Part shown: positions 1 to 13,165 of the stretch, one piece after another | How positions within the stretch are numbered: position 1 is the first letter of the stretch | Layout: the number at the start of each line of letters is the position of its first letter | NCBI GenBank assembly: GCA_001724265.1 | Contig: MEDY01000013.1 | Span: 124,001-146,382, forward strand | Reading direction: 5' to 3' | Length of the DNA: 22,382 nucleotides | From: Rhizaria sp. SCN 62-66 | Taxonomy: Eukaryota | Position numbers and translations under genes: made by a program | The notes under the pieces: model-generated | What the model saw: the letters and a program-made list of their open reading frames with translations, nothing else | Databases searched by the model: none | What the model was told of the DNA's origin: nothing

Positions 1-3000
1 CTCACGCGGAATATCCTCAGCACAAGTGCGGAACGGCCATGGGAATGAAGTGTCAGTGTCGCGGTCGCGGTCAACAATGGAGCTGTAGAGTTGTTGTTGC
101 CTGCAAACTTCAGCGAATGAACTCCTCTCAATTGGAAATATCCGACGCATCAAAGTGAATGCAAGTGATGCGTACTTGGGATCCGTGTATCGATCGTTCT
201 CGGCAGCGAGCAGGATGCGATGAAGGTCAGTCAAACCCTTGGCGTTTAGTTGTTGAGCTAACACCGAAGGCTTCGTGGGCCCTGCAAAGTCAGCCCCGCT
301 GCCATTTGCAGCGCCGGGAATAGCTGCTGGCTCCGCAAAAACATCAGTTCCTTCATCGCGAGCAACCACGCTGTCGCACAAGCCGTCGACATCAAAGACG
401 GAGGCATCAGAGGAGTCACAAGCTTCACCCTTCGCAGCAGATGCCACCTTATTTTCGTCATCATCCTCTGCAACACGCTCATTGGCATCAGTAACGTTTG
501 CAGCGCAATTATTATTTGTGGGAATACCACGCGCATCAGCCGTCATCGTGTCAGTAGCAGCGGTAATGTCCGTGGTGGCAGCATCATTTTCAGCAACAGC
601 AGCCATAGCACCTGTATCAGCACCTGCCAATGTGGCATCAACGGCACTAGCAGAGGCATCGGAAAACTCTGTATCCGCATTCGCCGCGGCAGCGGCGGAT
701 GCAGGGGCGCTATTGGTGATCACAGTGACATCAACGACACTCTTGGTGGTGTCCTCAATAGTTTCCGTAGTGGTCTCATCTGCATTTGCATCTGCGTCAG
801 CGAGATGCCTGGCGGCATCAGATGCAGTGGTGCTATTAGCTGCCGCGGCAACAGTGAGAGGCTTCGTACCGTCGTCGGCGACTTTCACGGCAGTGCTGGC
901 CGTGGTTTTGGTAACAGTCTCTTCAGGTGTCCACAACGCGGAATAGTGTTCAAACATCTGTTCCGCCTCAGCCGCAGCATGCGTGCAGAGGTCTCGGATT
1001 GTCTGCTGTGACATTTCAAAACCAAGCAATAGGATGTCATGCAACAGCACAATTAGGCTGTCTAAGTCCCACGCAGGCGGGTCGGCCTGCGAGGCTCCCA
1101 GTGCCCACAACATGCCTGGCAAGGTCTCGAGTAAAAGGTACATATCCTTAGCGCCAGTATAAGCCAGCTCGTGCTTGATCTGAGATGATAGGCCCTGGGA
1201 CATCGTGCCTAGAGACAGAATCACCCTCTCTTCGTGAGCGAGCGACTTCGCTTGGTCAGCTAGTACAAGGTTCTTTGTCGGAATAGTACCTACCTTAAGG
1301 CTATCATTAAACTTCCGATACAGGTTCAAGTAGAGCATCCGAATCGCAGCGAACTCGCGCGCGTTGAGACATGGGACAAAACGGATTCGGTACCACAGAC
1401 GCAGTCGTGCCATGAAACACGCGTCTATCGCTGCATTACTGCGCAAAGACGCGCTAGACACGGCTTCGAGTGGCATCCATTCTAAAACGGCTTTGTCAGA
1501 TGCATCTAACTCTGCCTGTGAGCCGACAGGATACGGTGGAGTCGAGATATTCAACCACGCGTAAGATATAGAATTAATCAAAGGTTTTGTTAGTGCAGCA
1601 ATGCTTTTGGGTATGGCAATCTTGTGGGAAAAGCCGTAATGATCCGAGTATTCAGCTTGCAGAGCGACTTCACGTGCAAGCACACGACCAAGATCATCCA
1701 GAAAAGCATCGAGAGGCCTTCCACCGTCGAAAACTCCGGTGGATACGCCACCACTTATCACACTCATCACTTTGAAAAATTTCTCACCGAGATAAGTATG
1801 CGCCCCGGTCGCGGATAGCAGCACACCAAGCAGAGCATGCTCAAGAAGCGGGTGTGTCACCAGCGCCAATGCCATCTCCAAGATCTCTTGGTGAAACGTG
1901 CGCTCGGCATCCGTCATTGCACGCTTGCCAAACCGCTTTGTGACCCACGTCTCTGTTGCTAGTTGGAAGCCCGGGATGCGATTCAGGACATTTGCAAATG
2001 TGGGAACCTGACGCATGTTCTGAGAAGTTCGCTTATCGCGGCGACACGCCATCATGAACGGAGGAACCCTCAGCGCCAGCGCAACATTCGCGATGCGCCA
2101 CTCCGTTGTCAGCGAACGCACAGGCTCACGAAATAGCCGCGCCAAACCCCATGGGTCACTGCGGTAGAAGGAAGAAAGCACCAGTTGGCCGAGATATGAG
2201 TCAGAACCCAGAGCTTCAAGGTCTGCAAAAGAAAGTTTGGAACAAGTGGGGTTACGACCAGAATATAACCACATCGTATCAAACGGGTTCAAGTCAATAC
2301 CTTTCCTGGTGATGTAAAGACTTTCTTTACTGTTTTTCTTTGTCGGAAGTAACGGCATATGAACACCAAACAACGCGCGCCGCGTCGTCTCTGAGTCACC
2401 GTCAAGCTCACAGTGCACATCCTCAGGTGCGTAGACTGAACACGTACGCGGCAATAGTTCTTTGTGCATGTCAGCAGAAATGTTCTTGTCTGCGAGGATA
2501 AGCATATTAGGATCGGTTGCCATAATCTGGAGCAGATTCGCAAGCGTCATGGAGTTGAAAGGATCCTCGAGACTTGCGCTGCACGAAGTTAAAATCTTGC
2601 TGAGGACACGTTCATGGCGCTGTTTGCTGAAAAATGATGTCAGTACACTCTTGAGTGTCTGAGTCCGCGAGAACTCAAACACGGAAAGTGGGAGATCTTC
2701 AAGCAACAGCATGAGCTCATTGTGAGAGTGAGAAGCCAGAAGTGCATCGTCTTGGGACACACCAATCATTTCAAGGGCTTCACGTAACGATTTTGCGGGC
2801 AATGGACACGCATCCTCGGACCGATAGTATGGAATAGATAGCCGAACGCGCGTAATAAGCGCAGGTAACGTGCGCACCGTGGTACCAGCGCCCGCGGGCA
2901 AGCCAGGAGTGAGGGGCCAATGGCCTTCGAAATCTGTGTGTGCCATGACGAAGCGTTGCAGTGCATGCCAGTGCGCAAAACACGCGTCGACACCGACCTG

Positions 3001-5001
3001 GTCTGTGACTGCAAGCGCACGCAAACGATACCAGAAACGCACCAATGCGAGCACAAGTGCTGGTTCAGTCGCCTGGCAGAGCTCAGATGCGCGATCGCCC
3101 CGAGGCAGCGGAGGCAGCGGCGGCAGCAGCATAGCCCGCGCTAAGCTTCCGAGCGTTGGCAGCGTGCTGAAGCAGTCGTGGGCCTCGGGGGCAACCGCGT
3201 CACTGCCGGGGTCACTGACCGCTGCGCGGGCGCCTGGGTCGGTGACGTCGGTCGCGGCATTGCTGATCTTCTCCTTGCTCACACAGCGGAACGGCTTAAC
3301 AGTGGTGTGGTAACGTAACTCGTCAAACGACGTCACGCCACCGCTGCCAATAACCGGGTACGAGCGTCCCATAATAATCGGGAGACGGGACCTGTTAATC
3401 GCTGAAAGCAATACGGCCATACTGTTAAGCAGCTTCTCGATGTCAGCTGTCGTGAACCCACCGGCATCCTTTGAGAAAAGTTGATACAAGCACCGGCGCA
3501 CAGTGCGCATAGCGAGCGTTGACGGCGCGCAGTCGTTTTGCCAATCAAGATCAGCGGCAAACAGCGTGCGCAACATCGGGTGGATCGCTAAGTTGAGCGC
3601 TGTGACGGCTTTCATCAAGAACTCCTGGCGCTGCCGCAGAGGAGACCACGGTCCGGTCGTCGGTGTATCAGGCCCACACTGGTACCTTGCGTCAGCAAGT
3701 GCGAGCAGCAGCGGGCCCGCGCGCGCGGCAAGCGTAGGGTCTGCAAGCCCCGTGGGCCAGGGGAGAGAGAACTGCACCATTGCATCGGGGTTGAGACTCG
3801 AGTATGTTGAATCAGCAGCATCGCCGCCGAGGAGTTCGACATCGTGGAGGCTTGAACGCTCACGCACCGCGCTTGGCGGCCGTAGAACATGAAGCGCGGA
3901 GGAGGCGTACCTGATGGCAACAATAACGGGCCACGTACGCGAGTCACACAGTTCAGCGAGAAAAATACCTCTTTCTGCCATTAAAAATTTGTCAGCAATG
4001 CGCATGCTGCGCTTGTGCATCGCAATAAGAGTGGGAACGACCGGCTCGGTGTAGTTCAGAAGAGTTGAAGGCGCGTCCATGCCTGTGGCCGAGAAACTGG
4101 TGCTGTTAGGAGCTTTACCACTCGCAATATCGGCACAGACACCCGGGCTCGGAGTGCTGAGGTCCTTCTCATCGCTTTCCCTGGACGGCTCAGCGCAGGC
4201 CGTTGCGAGCGACGACGCCGACGATGACGACGACGATGAGGCTAACGCTGTGGTCGCGTGGTGAGCAGTTTCGGCCTACAAAGACTTGGTTGCAGGCTCG
4301 GGCTTCTTTGGATCAAAGGTAGGGAAGGAGTCGACTGAGAGGCCGACTGCAAACTGTCCAGTTGATCCGTTAAAGCAGCCAATGTAAGGCGGTAGGTCAG
4401 CTGTCGCACGCGTTAGCGCAGATATCACGGCAAATGCCCGGTGGTCGCTAATCTTGCCAAATTGATGAACTTCATTCAAGGCCTCAGCAAGAAGAAGCGA
4501 GTCAGACGCGTTCTCACTATACTTGTAAGGAGTACTCCTTCCGCCGCCGCTCCGGCCACCTGAGTCGCGGACGTTCGTCTTGTCATTAACCGCCGCCAAT
4601 ACAGCTGTAAATGGACTGTATAATGACTTGAAATTCGGCAGCGTGGTCGTAATTTCACCTTCATCCGCCACTTCGATCGTGTTATCGCCCCATCGGTGGT
4701 AGCGCGGCTGCAGTAGAGGCGCCGGGTTCGCACCAGGGTTGATCTTAACAAGAGGTTCGTTCAACATCGGCTTAGCTTTGATTGCCGCAGAGTCTGGCCA
4801 TTGGGGCGCAGCAAGTGGAGACGCGATGTCGACTCCCGTGCTTGAGTAGAGGACTGCGAACTCAGCGTCGTAGTTCGGTTCAACTTCTGACGAAGACACG
4901 CTCTTGGAAAGTCGTTGGGCCGCAGTGTTCGACGCAGATTCGGCGGCCAAGAGCTTCTGCTCTTCAGCGCGAGCAGTGGCGATGTCACTGAAGTTCGGCA
5001 T
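1..5001 (-). CDS. Large hypothetical protein (>1,660 aa, 3' end beyond the window) with one in-frame TAG at 4276-4278
   Basis: ATG at 5001 opens the 241-aa ORF (MPNFSDIATARAEEQ...TKSL). After the TAG the same frame continues (AETAHHATTALASSSSS...) and, translated by hand, stays open to position 1. The ORF track lists nothing in this frame below 4276, as expected for a frame with no stop before the edge. No AT-rich spacer lies between the two parts. An Ala/Thr/Asp/Glu-rich low-complexity stretch sits at ~330-900. No domain recognised. Confidence 0.8.
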
Positions 5002-6150
5002 GAGCGCGTGGGTGCGCTGGAGCCAGTGGGGCTGTGCTTGTCACTGAACAGTCACACGAAGTGGAAGAAGATTAAGGGAAGCTGGCAAAAGAGAAAGAAC
5101 AAAGTCACAAAATGTGAATCGGACAACGTTGAGGCGTGAGCAAACGACAATAAGTTTAATACGTCCCATAAATGCTTGAATTCAGACTGAGTCACGCAGC
5201 AAGAAGCTACCGTGAGTATTGAGCGCGAGCTGCGCGCAACTCAGGTCACGGCTAAAACACACGACGCTGTGTGAGAACAATGCAGTATGGGAAAGCCATA
5301 AACATGCAAACTAGAAAAGGATGTACTAAAGACCCGAATGTGTGACATTTCTGCAACTCCGACACGCATACGCGTGGCTACACACAACTCATTTTACGTT
5401 ATTTTCGTGGATCTACTCTCATGATGAGAGCTAACTCTGCGCGTGTGACTATGCGTGTAGAAAAGTCAATGTAAAGTCATAAAAAGGAAAGAAAATATAG
5501 TTCTGCGCTTGTCTTTAAATACGCATGTTATATATCAATGCACGACTAATCCGTCTCAGTAGAGTGTGTTAAAGTGGAGGTTGAATTCGCGGCCTCAGGC
5601 TACATCGAAGCAACCACAAACGGAAATACAGTGTTGCTTGCTTGTTGACGTGATACAGTATACCTCTTCTTCTTCTTATAGACGGAAAATTCGTGCAGTG
5701 GGTCACGTATTGACACTGTTTGTCAAAACCGCACAACATGGCGACGACCATTACAAAAAGAGTGTATGTACAACAGAAAGTCTTCAATCAGTCACTGTGT
5801 GATCAGAAATTTAGCTGCAAATTAGATGTTGGTTTTCCTCAAGTTGCGTGTAGGAACAAGAGCGACACTTCCAACAGGCTTGTTGAAATCAAGCAATCAT
5901 GATAAGCGCAAAGTGCAACTATATGTAGAGCGCTGCTTTTGGAGCTGGTAATGCTGCCGCGATGTGATTGATCAGCAGCGACACAGTTTCATTCGCAACG
6001 CAACGAGGAAAACTCAATCTGTGTTGTTTATGTTGTTCTATATACAAATTTACTATGTCTGTACGTATCACATCTTCATTATATATTCCGTCTAATTATC
6101 GCATATTGTTTACTAACCAATGCATCATCCATCCTCATCAGATGCTTGCA

Positions 6151-9100
6151 TTAATCCTCAGGTTGGGTCCTTGCAGATGAAGGAGCTGACCTCGCTGCTT
6201 CATCCCCCTCCGAAATGGGCGGGAGCTCAGGTCCACTGAAGTCAAAATCCCCTGCGTTCACGCTGTCCACTGGCGCGCCATCAGTGAGAGCATCAAGTGC
6301 ATCTTCAAGCTCGCGCACACGGCTGACCAGCGCATCATTATCCAGGATTAGCGCCTCCGAATCGTCGGTGACTTGGAGCAGTGTGCGACGCGTCGACGCC
6401 AGTGCGGCCTCATCTTCGGCGCACAGTCGGCGCAGTCGCGCCAGCGCCTCGGCCGCCGCTGTCGCCAGACCCGCGCAGTCTGACCGGTCCAGTGCGCGCC
6501 CGTCCGATCCAGCGCCGCTGCCGCCAAGCGCGAATGACAGCACTTCGCCGGCGCGCGCTAACTCAGCCTCGAGAGCAACGGCACGGTCATGGGCGCTCGT
6601 GGCAACACGCTCGGCCTCCGCTAAGCGCTGTGCAAAGTGTTCGTCCGCTGGCACGGCAGAGTCAATCGTTGCGAAGTGCTGTGCAAGCTCACACGCATCG
6701 GCTTCAGCGCGGGCAGCGCGCTGTTCAGCCTCTTGAGCACGCTGTTCAACCGCGCTCACGTGGTCCTGCAGCTCCTTGACACGCTGCTCTGCATCGCGCC
6801 CACGCTGTTCAGAAGCGCAACCGTGTTGCTCCAGTTCAGCCACACGCTGCTCTGCGGTTGAAAAGTGTTGCTGTGCTGATGTGATCTCTTGCTGCAAAGT
6901 ATTGACGCGCTGCTCGGCGGCGTTCGCGCGCTCTGTGGCAGCTTCTGCTCGGTGCGTCAGAGCAACGACATCATGCGCAGCCTTGGTGACGCGCTGTTCG
7001 GCAGCTTCAGCGCGCTTCTCCGCGTCAGCAGCAAACTGCTTAACTGCGGCATTATCGCGCAAAATATCAGCGCATGCTGATTCAAGCTGTGAAACGCGCG
7101 ACTCAGCAGCCACTGCGCGACATTGGGCCGTCTCCAAGGCATCTGCAGCGTTGCCTGGAGCTACATGTGCGCCTGTGGCGGCCAATCGTGCCGCGTTGGC
7201 TTCCTCGCGTGCAGCTGCAAGCTCGAGCTCGGTCTTGGCAAGGCGAGAAGAAGTCTCCGAGAGAGTCTTCTCAAAAGCGGCTGTGGCGACAAATGCGTCT
7301 TCAGCCTCGCGCCGCAACCGGGCAGCGTGCACAGCGGCATCAGCTTGAATCTTCGCCGCTTGTGAACGCGCTGCAGCAGCATCAGCCTTTGCGCAGTCAA
7401 GCTCAGACTGAAGCTTGGTAATAACAGCATCACGCTCTGCGATGATCAAAACCAAGGCATCTGAGTCAGCCGCTGCAGACAAGAGCGCAGATTTTATTGT
7501 GACGAGAGCAGCATCAGCGTCACTAGCACGCTGCAGGGCGGCCTTATTCTGTGTCTCTAAATTCGCAAACCGTGCTTCAATCTCGGCCACGCGTTGTGTA
7601 CTCCTTTGCATAAGTTCCCTTGCAGAGAATGCGTCGCTCTCTGCCCGCGAAAGCTGCTCTGTGGCGGTCTTCAATGCGATCTGCGCGGCTGAAAGCTTTT
7701 GGGCTAGGGTGGCAGTCTCAGCTTGCGCGACACCCACACGGAGCTCAGCATCGGCTAAGGTCACCTCAAGTTTCCCAACACGTTTCACAGAGGCCCTGGC
7801 GCGGGCGTCAGCCTCGTCCGCAGCCTTGCGCAGAGCCATTGTTTGTGACTCCACAAGCTCCTTCGATAGTGACGCGACGAGACCGCCGAGCACAGCAGAC
7901 CGGTCCTTCTCAGCAGTACTTTGCTGCGGAGCGGCCGATCGCGCGGCCGCAAGAGCGGTTGTTGCAGAAGCAGCCTCCTGGCGCGCCTCGGCGCAGCGCG
8001 CAGCAAGCTCGCGCACCTGGCTGTCAGCAGAAGCCGCGCGGGCATTCGCGTCGGCGAGCTTTGTATTGAGCAAAGCAGCGTGCTCCTCAGCAGCCGCGGC
8101 GAGGTGCGTTGTGGCGGCCGCAGTGGCTTCTGCTTCGTCCACACGCGCAATAAGAGCCGTCACGCTCGCATTGGTCTGCAGCTTGATGTCTGCCGCAACG
8201 CTGCGCGCGCGGGCATCAGCTTCGCGCGCAGACGTCTCAGCCACTCCAGCACGTTTCTCCAACTCAGCGAGGCGTGCTTCAGCAGCGGTCGCGCGGGTCT
8301 CTGCCGCAAGAGCGAGCGCCCGCTCCACAGCGACAGCCGCAGCAGATGTCGTACTCTCGGTCGCAGACAGCTCGCGGATACGCTTCTCAGCAGCGGCAGC
8401 GCGGGCGCGAGCCTCGACTGCCGCATCAAGCGCAGCCTCAGCCTCCATCGTCGCTGCGCGTTCTGCGACGCGCGCAGTAGCTGCTGCAGCGTTAGCACGG
8501 TCGATATCCTCCTGGCACGCAACTGCAGCTTCTTTCTTGGCAGCTGCAACGGCGGCATCGATGTCGGCGCGCGCAGCAGCAACAACCGCTGAACTAGCCT
8601 CAGCAACACGTCTATCTGCTTGATCAACGCGGATGAGCGCCGTGGCAAGATTGGCTTCAAGCTCTGCAACACGTTTCTCAGCCTCGCCTTTGCAACGCAG
8701 CGCATCGTCGCCACGCTGCGCGGCCTCCTTCACTTCGCGTTCCGCATTCTGCAACTTAGCAACAATCGCGTCGTAGTCTCGGAGCATCACGGCAAGATCT
8801 GCCTCAAGCGTCTCTCTACGCTTCACCTCATGCACCGCAATCGCCTCGGCCTCCGCAGCTTTGGCAAGAGCAGTGACCGATGCAGCGGCAGTTGTCGTGA
8901 CATCGGTAACGTTGTCCGTCGTCTCGTGAAGACTGGGGAATGGTACTGCGGCAAGCCCACCTTCGTCGGGGTTTTGCTGCTGAGCCTGCGGCTTGTGTTG
9001 ATTCGCAGCAGTGGGTGACGTGAAAGGTGAGACATGCACCGTGCTAGCCGGGAATTGTGGCGCAGTACGCACTGGAGACTGCAGCCACGGCGCTGCACCT

Positions 9101-12100
9101 CCGCCGCTACCACCTTGCAGCGGTGAGTTAACAAAGATATTCACCACAGCACCGCCATTAATACCACTACCGGGCGATCCCAACGTGGGCGGGCTCTGGT
9201 CACCGCTAAGTGGCAGTGCGACAGTCTTCGACTCACGTGCGACAGAGGCAGCTTTCGCCTTAACTTCATCGCGCTCCGCCTCGGCCTTCGCCAACGTCAA
9301 GCGCATCGCAGCCATCTCGATCTCGCGCGCCTCCGCTGTAGCTTCTGCCGCTAAAAGCGCAGCGTGAGCTGTCACAAGCTCGTTTTGAAGCTCCTCAATC
9401 TTTGCAGAGAGTGCAAACGCTGTCGCTGCGTCCGGCACAACCGCGGCCTCAGCTGCAGCAATGCGTGACTGGAGCTCAGTCTCCCGCGCTGCGCCCGCGC
9501 GCGTGGCCGCGGCGAGTCGCGTCTGAGCAGCGGCGGCGGCGCGCTCTGCTGCAACCACGCGTGCCTCAAGCTCGCTGCGGTCGCGGCGCGCGGCGGCTGC
9601 AGCGGCACCAGCGCCAAGTCCAACCGCGTCTGCATGTGCCGTCGCGGCCGCCGCTGCCGCCTCCGCGGCAACCGCCCGCGCGCGAGCTATGTCGGCCGTG
9701 GACTGCCAGGCGCCGTTCGCGCTCACAGTCGCAGAGAGCAAGCGCAGCAACAGCGCAGGCACTGATCGCGGCTCTGCGTGAGCAACCGCGGGCAGCAACG
9801 AGCGAAACCGCTCTAGATCACTGCAGTCAACGACACCGCGCGTCAGCATGTGCCGCATCCACTGCAGCACGCCAGGGCCCGCAAGCGGCTCCGAAGGCAA
9901 CAGCACAGGCCACAGCAGGCGCGGCGGCGCGCGCCAGTCCCAGCGCCGCTGCGAGGCGCTCGCTGTGGGCCAGAGACGGGCTTCGAACGCAGCGACTACA
10001 GTGCCCGGAGTGGTGCCAGTCGCGGGGCCAAAGGCCAAAGACAGAGCCAACGTGGCCGCATCTAACGAAACGGCGCTGCGGGGAACCGAAACCGAAGTTG
10101 CAACTGATGGGGACGGAATGGCAAAGGGGTCAACCGACAGAACAGCACGACGCAAACGATCGAGCGCAAGGACGCGATCAGTCTACAAAAAGGAATAGAA
10201 TGTGAATACATGAACTTGTAAGAACATAAAAAGATTTTACAAAAATGCGAGAAAAAAGGTTCTCTTGTTTGAAAATGTTACGTACCAATTCACGAAGCAC
10301 GATGCGCGCTGCTGCGACAGCAACACCATCACCGAGCGTAAACTGCACTTTGCCGGCCCGCGACGCAGTCGCCTTGCCAAACGCCTCCCCGCGGGCTGCC
10401 CGTCGCCCTGCCGCAGCCACACACGGGTCCGCAGCAGCGGCGCGCGGCGCCGTCTCCGCGTCTGTAAACGCTGTCAAAGCGCGGCGTTTTGCAGTGCCAT
10501 GCGGCGTGTGCGCGTCGAGCCTGCGACTGTGATCCGCCGCGCAGTGTGATGCCCCGTGCGCCGCGTGTCCTCGGGGCGCGCCACACCGCGAGGCGTCGAG
10601 CGCGTGCAGTGCTGCGTCGTCGGCGGCGCACTCGCCGTCGCCGTCCGAGCTGTCGTTCACACAGTCAGCAGCGGCGGTGGAGGCGGCGGTCGCAGCGTCG
10701 ATGCTCGCGCACAGCGGGCACGCGCTCGTGGAGACAGCGACACCGCCACCAGAACTCGCAGAACCGGTCGTCGCAACTGCTGCTGCAGTGTGGAGCGCTG
10801 CGTACACCGCCGACAACCGCGCCACGAGTGCGGAGACGGTGGCGGCAGCGTGGGCAGGCTCACCCAACGGTCCACAAGGCGCTAGCCAGGGACTCGCGCG
10901 CACGGTGGCGCTGGTAGCGCTGTTGCTGTGCTCGGGGTCGTGGGCGAATCCGTGACGCAGCCACAAGTCGCGAAAAGCAATCGAAACGCAGCCCCAAGGA
11001 TTCGCAGCGGCATCGCTACCAAGGCTGTCAGAGTCGGGCAGAGTGTTGTGAGTTGAGGCGGCATTGCTGTTAAGAGCAGGAGCCCACGCCCAGGGCCACG
11101 GTGGGAGAGGCACGGACGCGTCTGCCATCACAGGGGGCATGCGTGCTGACTGCTGCGCTGCGTATGCTCCGTTAGCAGGCGCGACTGAGGTCGATAGGTT
11201 AAGCGTGTCATCGAGCCGCACCGTCGCACCGACAGCAGCAGCTGCTGTGTTAAGCGCGGTGCCGTTCGTGGCAGCGCTGAGGGAAAGCGGAGGCCAGTCG
11301 CGCGCGGTGGCAGGCGGCGACCAACGGCTCAACAGCGACCGTGCCAGCGCGCAGGGACAGGCCGCGGCGGCGACGAGCTTCGCTGCGTGTGAGCCGAGTG
11401 ATCCGTGCGGCCGCAGCGCCACCGGGAGCAAATCCTTGCCTGAGGTGGCGTTAATTGCGCTTAGGTCCAGCCTGGCATCGTCCGCGTCGCTATCGTCTGC
11501 GGCAGCAGCTGCCGCGGCGGCGTCAGCGTCGGCGTCTGTATCTGACGCAGACTCAGAGTCTGAGAAAAGCGAGGCTGTCGGCCGGCGCCATGAAGGTCGC
11601 GGCCGTGGTGCGCCGGCACGGTGCGTACGTGCGCGTGGTTTATCGGGCGTCGCAGCTGCGGCGGCCGCGGCGGCAGCGTTCGCAATGTCGCCGCCGCTGG
11701 TCGTGATGATCGTCAGCAGGCGGGACTCAACCGCGCCCAGCAAAGCACCGGCGTTCGTGAGCGTCTCAGCAATACTCGCGTCAGCGCCAGTGTTTGCACT
11801 CGCGCTTGCGCCCAGGCTCGAAGACGTCGCATGGTGAAACGTCGATTTGTGAAACGATGTGTTGTTTGTGCGCGTAGTTGTTGGCGCAGGCAACGGCGAC
11901 AGTGCAGGACCAAACACACGAGTCGTAGATGAAGTTGCATGTTGCACTGGGGTGTGTGGTGCAGCTGCCGCGGTGGCAGTAAGGCCGACAGCTATGCCTG
12001 GAGTGACCGTGAGTGCTGCCTCTGCCATCGCAATCTCGCGTAAACGGTCCCAGTCAGCGCTCTCAGCGCCGCCGCGCAGGAATACAGCGGGCGCGGCGCC

Positions 12101-12762
12101 GGCGCGCGCAAGGAGCTCCTTGTGCAGCGCGGCGCGCAGCGTGCGCTGGCAGAGCGCGTCGCGCCACAGCGCGAGCGTGAGCAGCGTCGGCAGCAGCGCG
12201 CGCTCGGCGAGGGCTTGCGACGCGTGGTGCGTGCGTGTGTGCGCGGTGACAGGGACGCCGTCAAGCGAGATGAGCGCGGGGCAGTCGGACAGCAGCGCGG
12301 CCCGGTAGCCGGGGCGTGTGCAAACGGGGTTGCCGCTGATATCGAGCGCTTCGAGAGTGAGACGCGAGCGGGCGAGACCGGCGCGGAGGTCGTCAAGCGA
12401 TTCCAGCCTGTTGTTGGCCAGACACAGGGAGCGCAGGTCTGGAAAGCCGGAGAGGCCGCGCGCGGTGGGCAGCCCGCAACTAACAATTGACAGTACGCGG
12501 CAGCCGCGAGCGAGCGCCGGTGGGACGAGGTCGACATGCGAGACGCTGGGGAGAGTGAAAAGTGAAATGTGACCGTTGAGGGGGGGAAAGGAGTGAGAAC
12601 GAAACGAGTAAGAAAGGATAGGCGGGTTGAGACAAGCACAAGTGCAATCACATAAGCTGTGAATACGTACCTCTTAAACGCGCAGTGAATCTGCTGTGGG
12701 TAGTTTTGAGCCAGGGGGTCGACGTAGGCCGTGAGCGGCTTCGGCTCTGTGTCGGTGCTCAT
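6151..12762 (-). CDS. Leucine-rich-repeat (SDS22-like + LRRcap) protein with very long Ala-rich coiled coil, ~2,127 aa; exons 12762-12671, 12545-10286, 10182-6151
   Basis: Splicing two GTACGT...YAG introns joins MSTDTEPKP...CAFK, the frame upstream of ORF 10178..12028, and ORF 6151..10155, all in phase. Exon 2 encodes FPDLRSLCLANNRLESLDDL...LEALDISGNPVCTRPGYRAALLSDCPALISLDG (LxxLxLxxNxL repeats plus a YRxxxxxxxPxLxxLD LRRcap). The C-terminal ~1,000 aa are largely A/E/R-rich heptads. Ends at TAA 6151-6153. Confidence 0.85.
6700..7030 (-). repeat. Degenerate coding repeats encoding xxEQR(V/A) heptad units
   Basis: Protein motifs AAEQRV, AAEQRV, TAEQRV, ASEQRG, DAEQRV, AVEQRA, EAEQRA recur at multiples of 7 residues; the + strand shows recurring (a/g)cgctg(t/c)tc. 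Confidence 0.7.
10183..10285 (-). other. Spliceosomal intron (103 nt, phase 0) of the LRR/coiled-coil gene
   Basis: Donor TTG|GTACGTAACA, AT-rich body, acceptor TTCCTTTTTGTAG|ACT. Removal joins ...IVLREL to TDRVLALDRLRRAV... in frame. Confidence 0.88.
12546..12670 (-). other. Spliceosomal intron (125 nt, phase 2) of the LRR/coiled-coil gene
   Basis: Donor AAGAG|GTACGTATTC, pyrimidine-rich body, acceptor TTCACTCTCCCCAG|CGTC. Exon 1 is 92 nt, so AG+C makes Ser in the LRR frame. Confidence 0.85.
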
Positions 12763-13165
12763 GATGTGCCTGCAGTGTGAAACGCGACACGAGCACTGCG
12801 GCTTCCAAACGCTTTTTTGTGGACTATAATTGAAAATAATAATATATTTGTTTGTGAGCAGATCTGTGAAAAGATGAGCAGGCAACTGACGATCGGAATA
12901 AGTCAATACAGCTCGGATCGTTTCGTCAGCCGTTAGCTCACTAAATCACGTCCGAGCAGAGCTCCTCCGACTCGGATATCTAAGATGTCGTCCAAACGCC
13001 GTTATAGTCCGACAATACGGTGTTATACTTGACATCCAAAATTAAATGTAGCGCAAATGTACTTTTCTCAAGCGATATTATTTGTAACCCTTGTTTGCGA
13101 CTCTCACACATCCTTGAGTTTTCTCACTCTCTGCTGACGTGCACCATTGATATTTGCCCTCAGGA
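12763..13165. promoter_or_regulatory. Short AT-rich divergent intergenic region (probable bidirectional promoter), LRR gene / YOS1
   Basis: Head-to-head start codons ~400 bp apart with a drop in GC; no specific motif identified. Confidence 0.45.

Noticed and set aside
5100-6150. Short ORFs and weak hairpins (e.g. ~5214-5243) in the 1-kb spacer
   Set aside because: AT-rich, no coding bias, no recognisable ncRNA fold; treated as UTR/promoter DNA.
10183-10185. TAG in frame with ORF 6151..10155, and TAG at 22312-22314, as further recoded codons
   Set aside because: Both follow T-rich tracts and are better explained as splice acceptors or intron sequence, so I did not count them as evidence for reassignment.
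10178-10285. Hydrophobic C-terminus (VRNIFKQENLFSRIFVKSFYVL...) of the 616-aa ORF as a membrane anchor
   Set aside because: It is translated intron sequence (GTACGT...TAG).
11992-12906. 304-aa ORF on the - strand as an independent gene
   Set aside because: It is exon 1 read through the intron into the wrong frame; splicing gives the LRR frame instead.
12911-12957. 7-bp inverted repeat gctcgga...tccgagc in the divergent promoter
   Set aside because: Too short to distinguish from chance.
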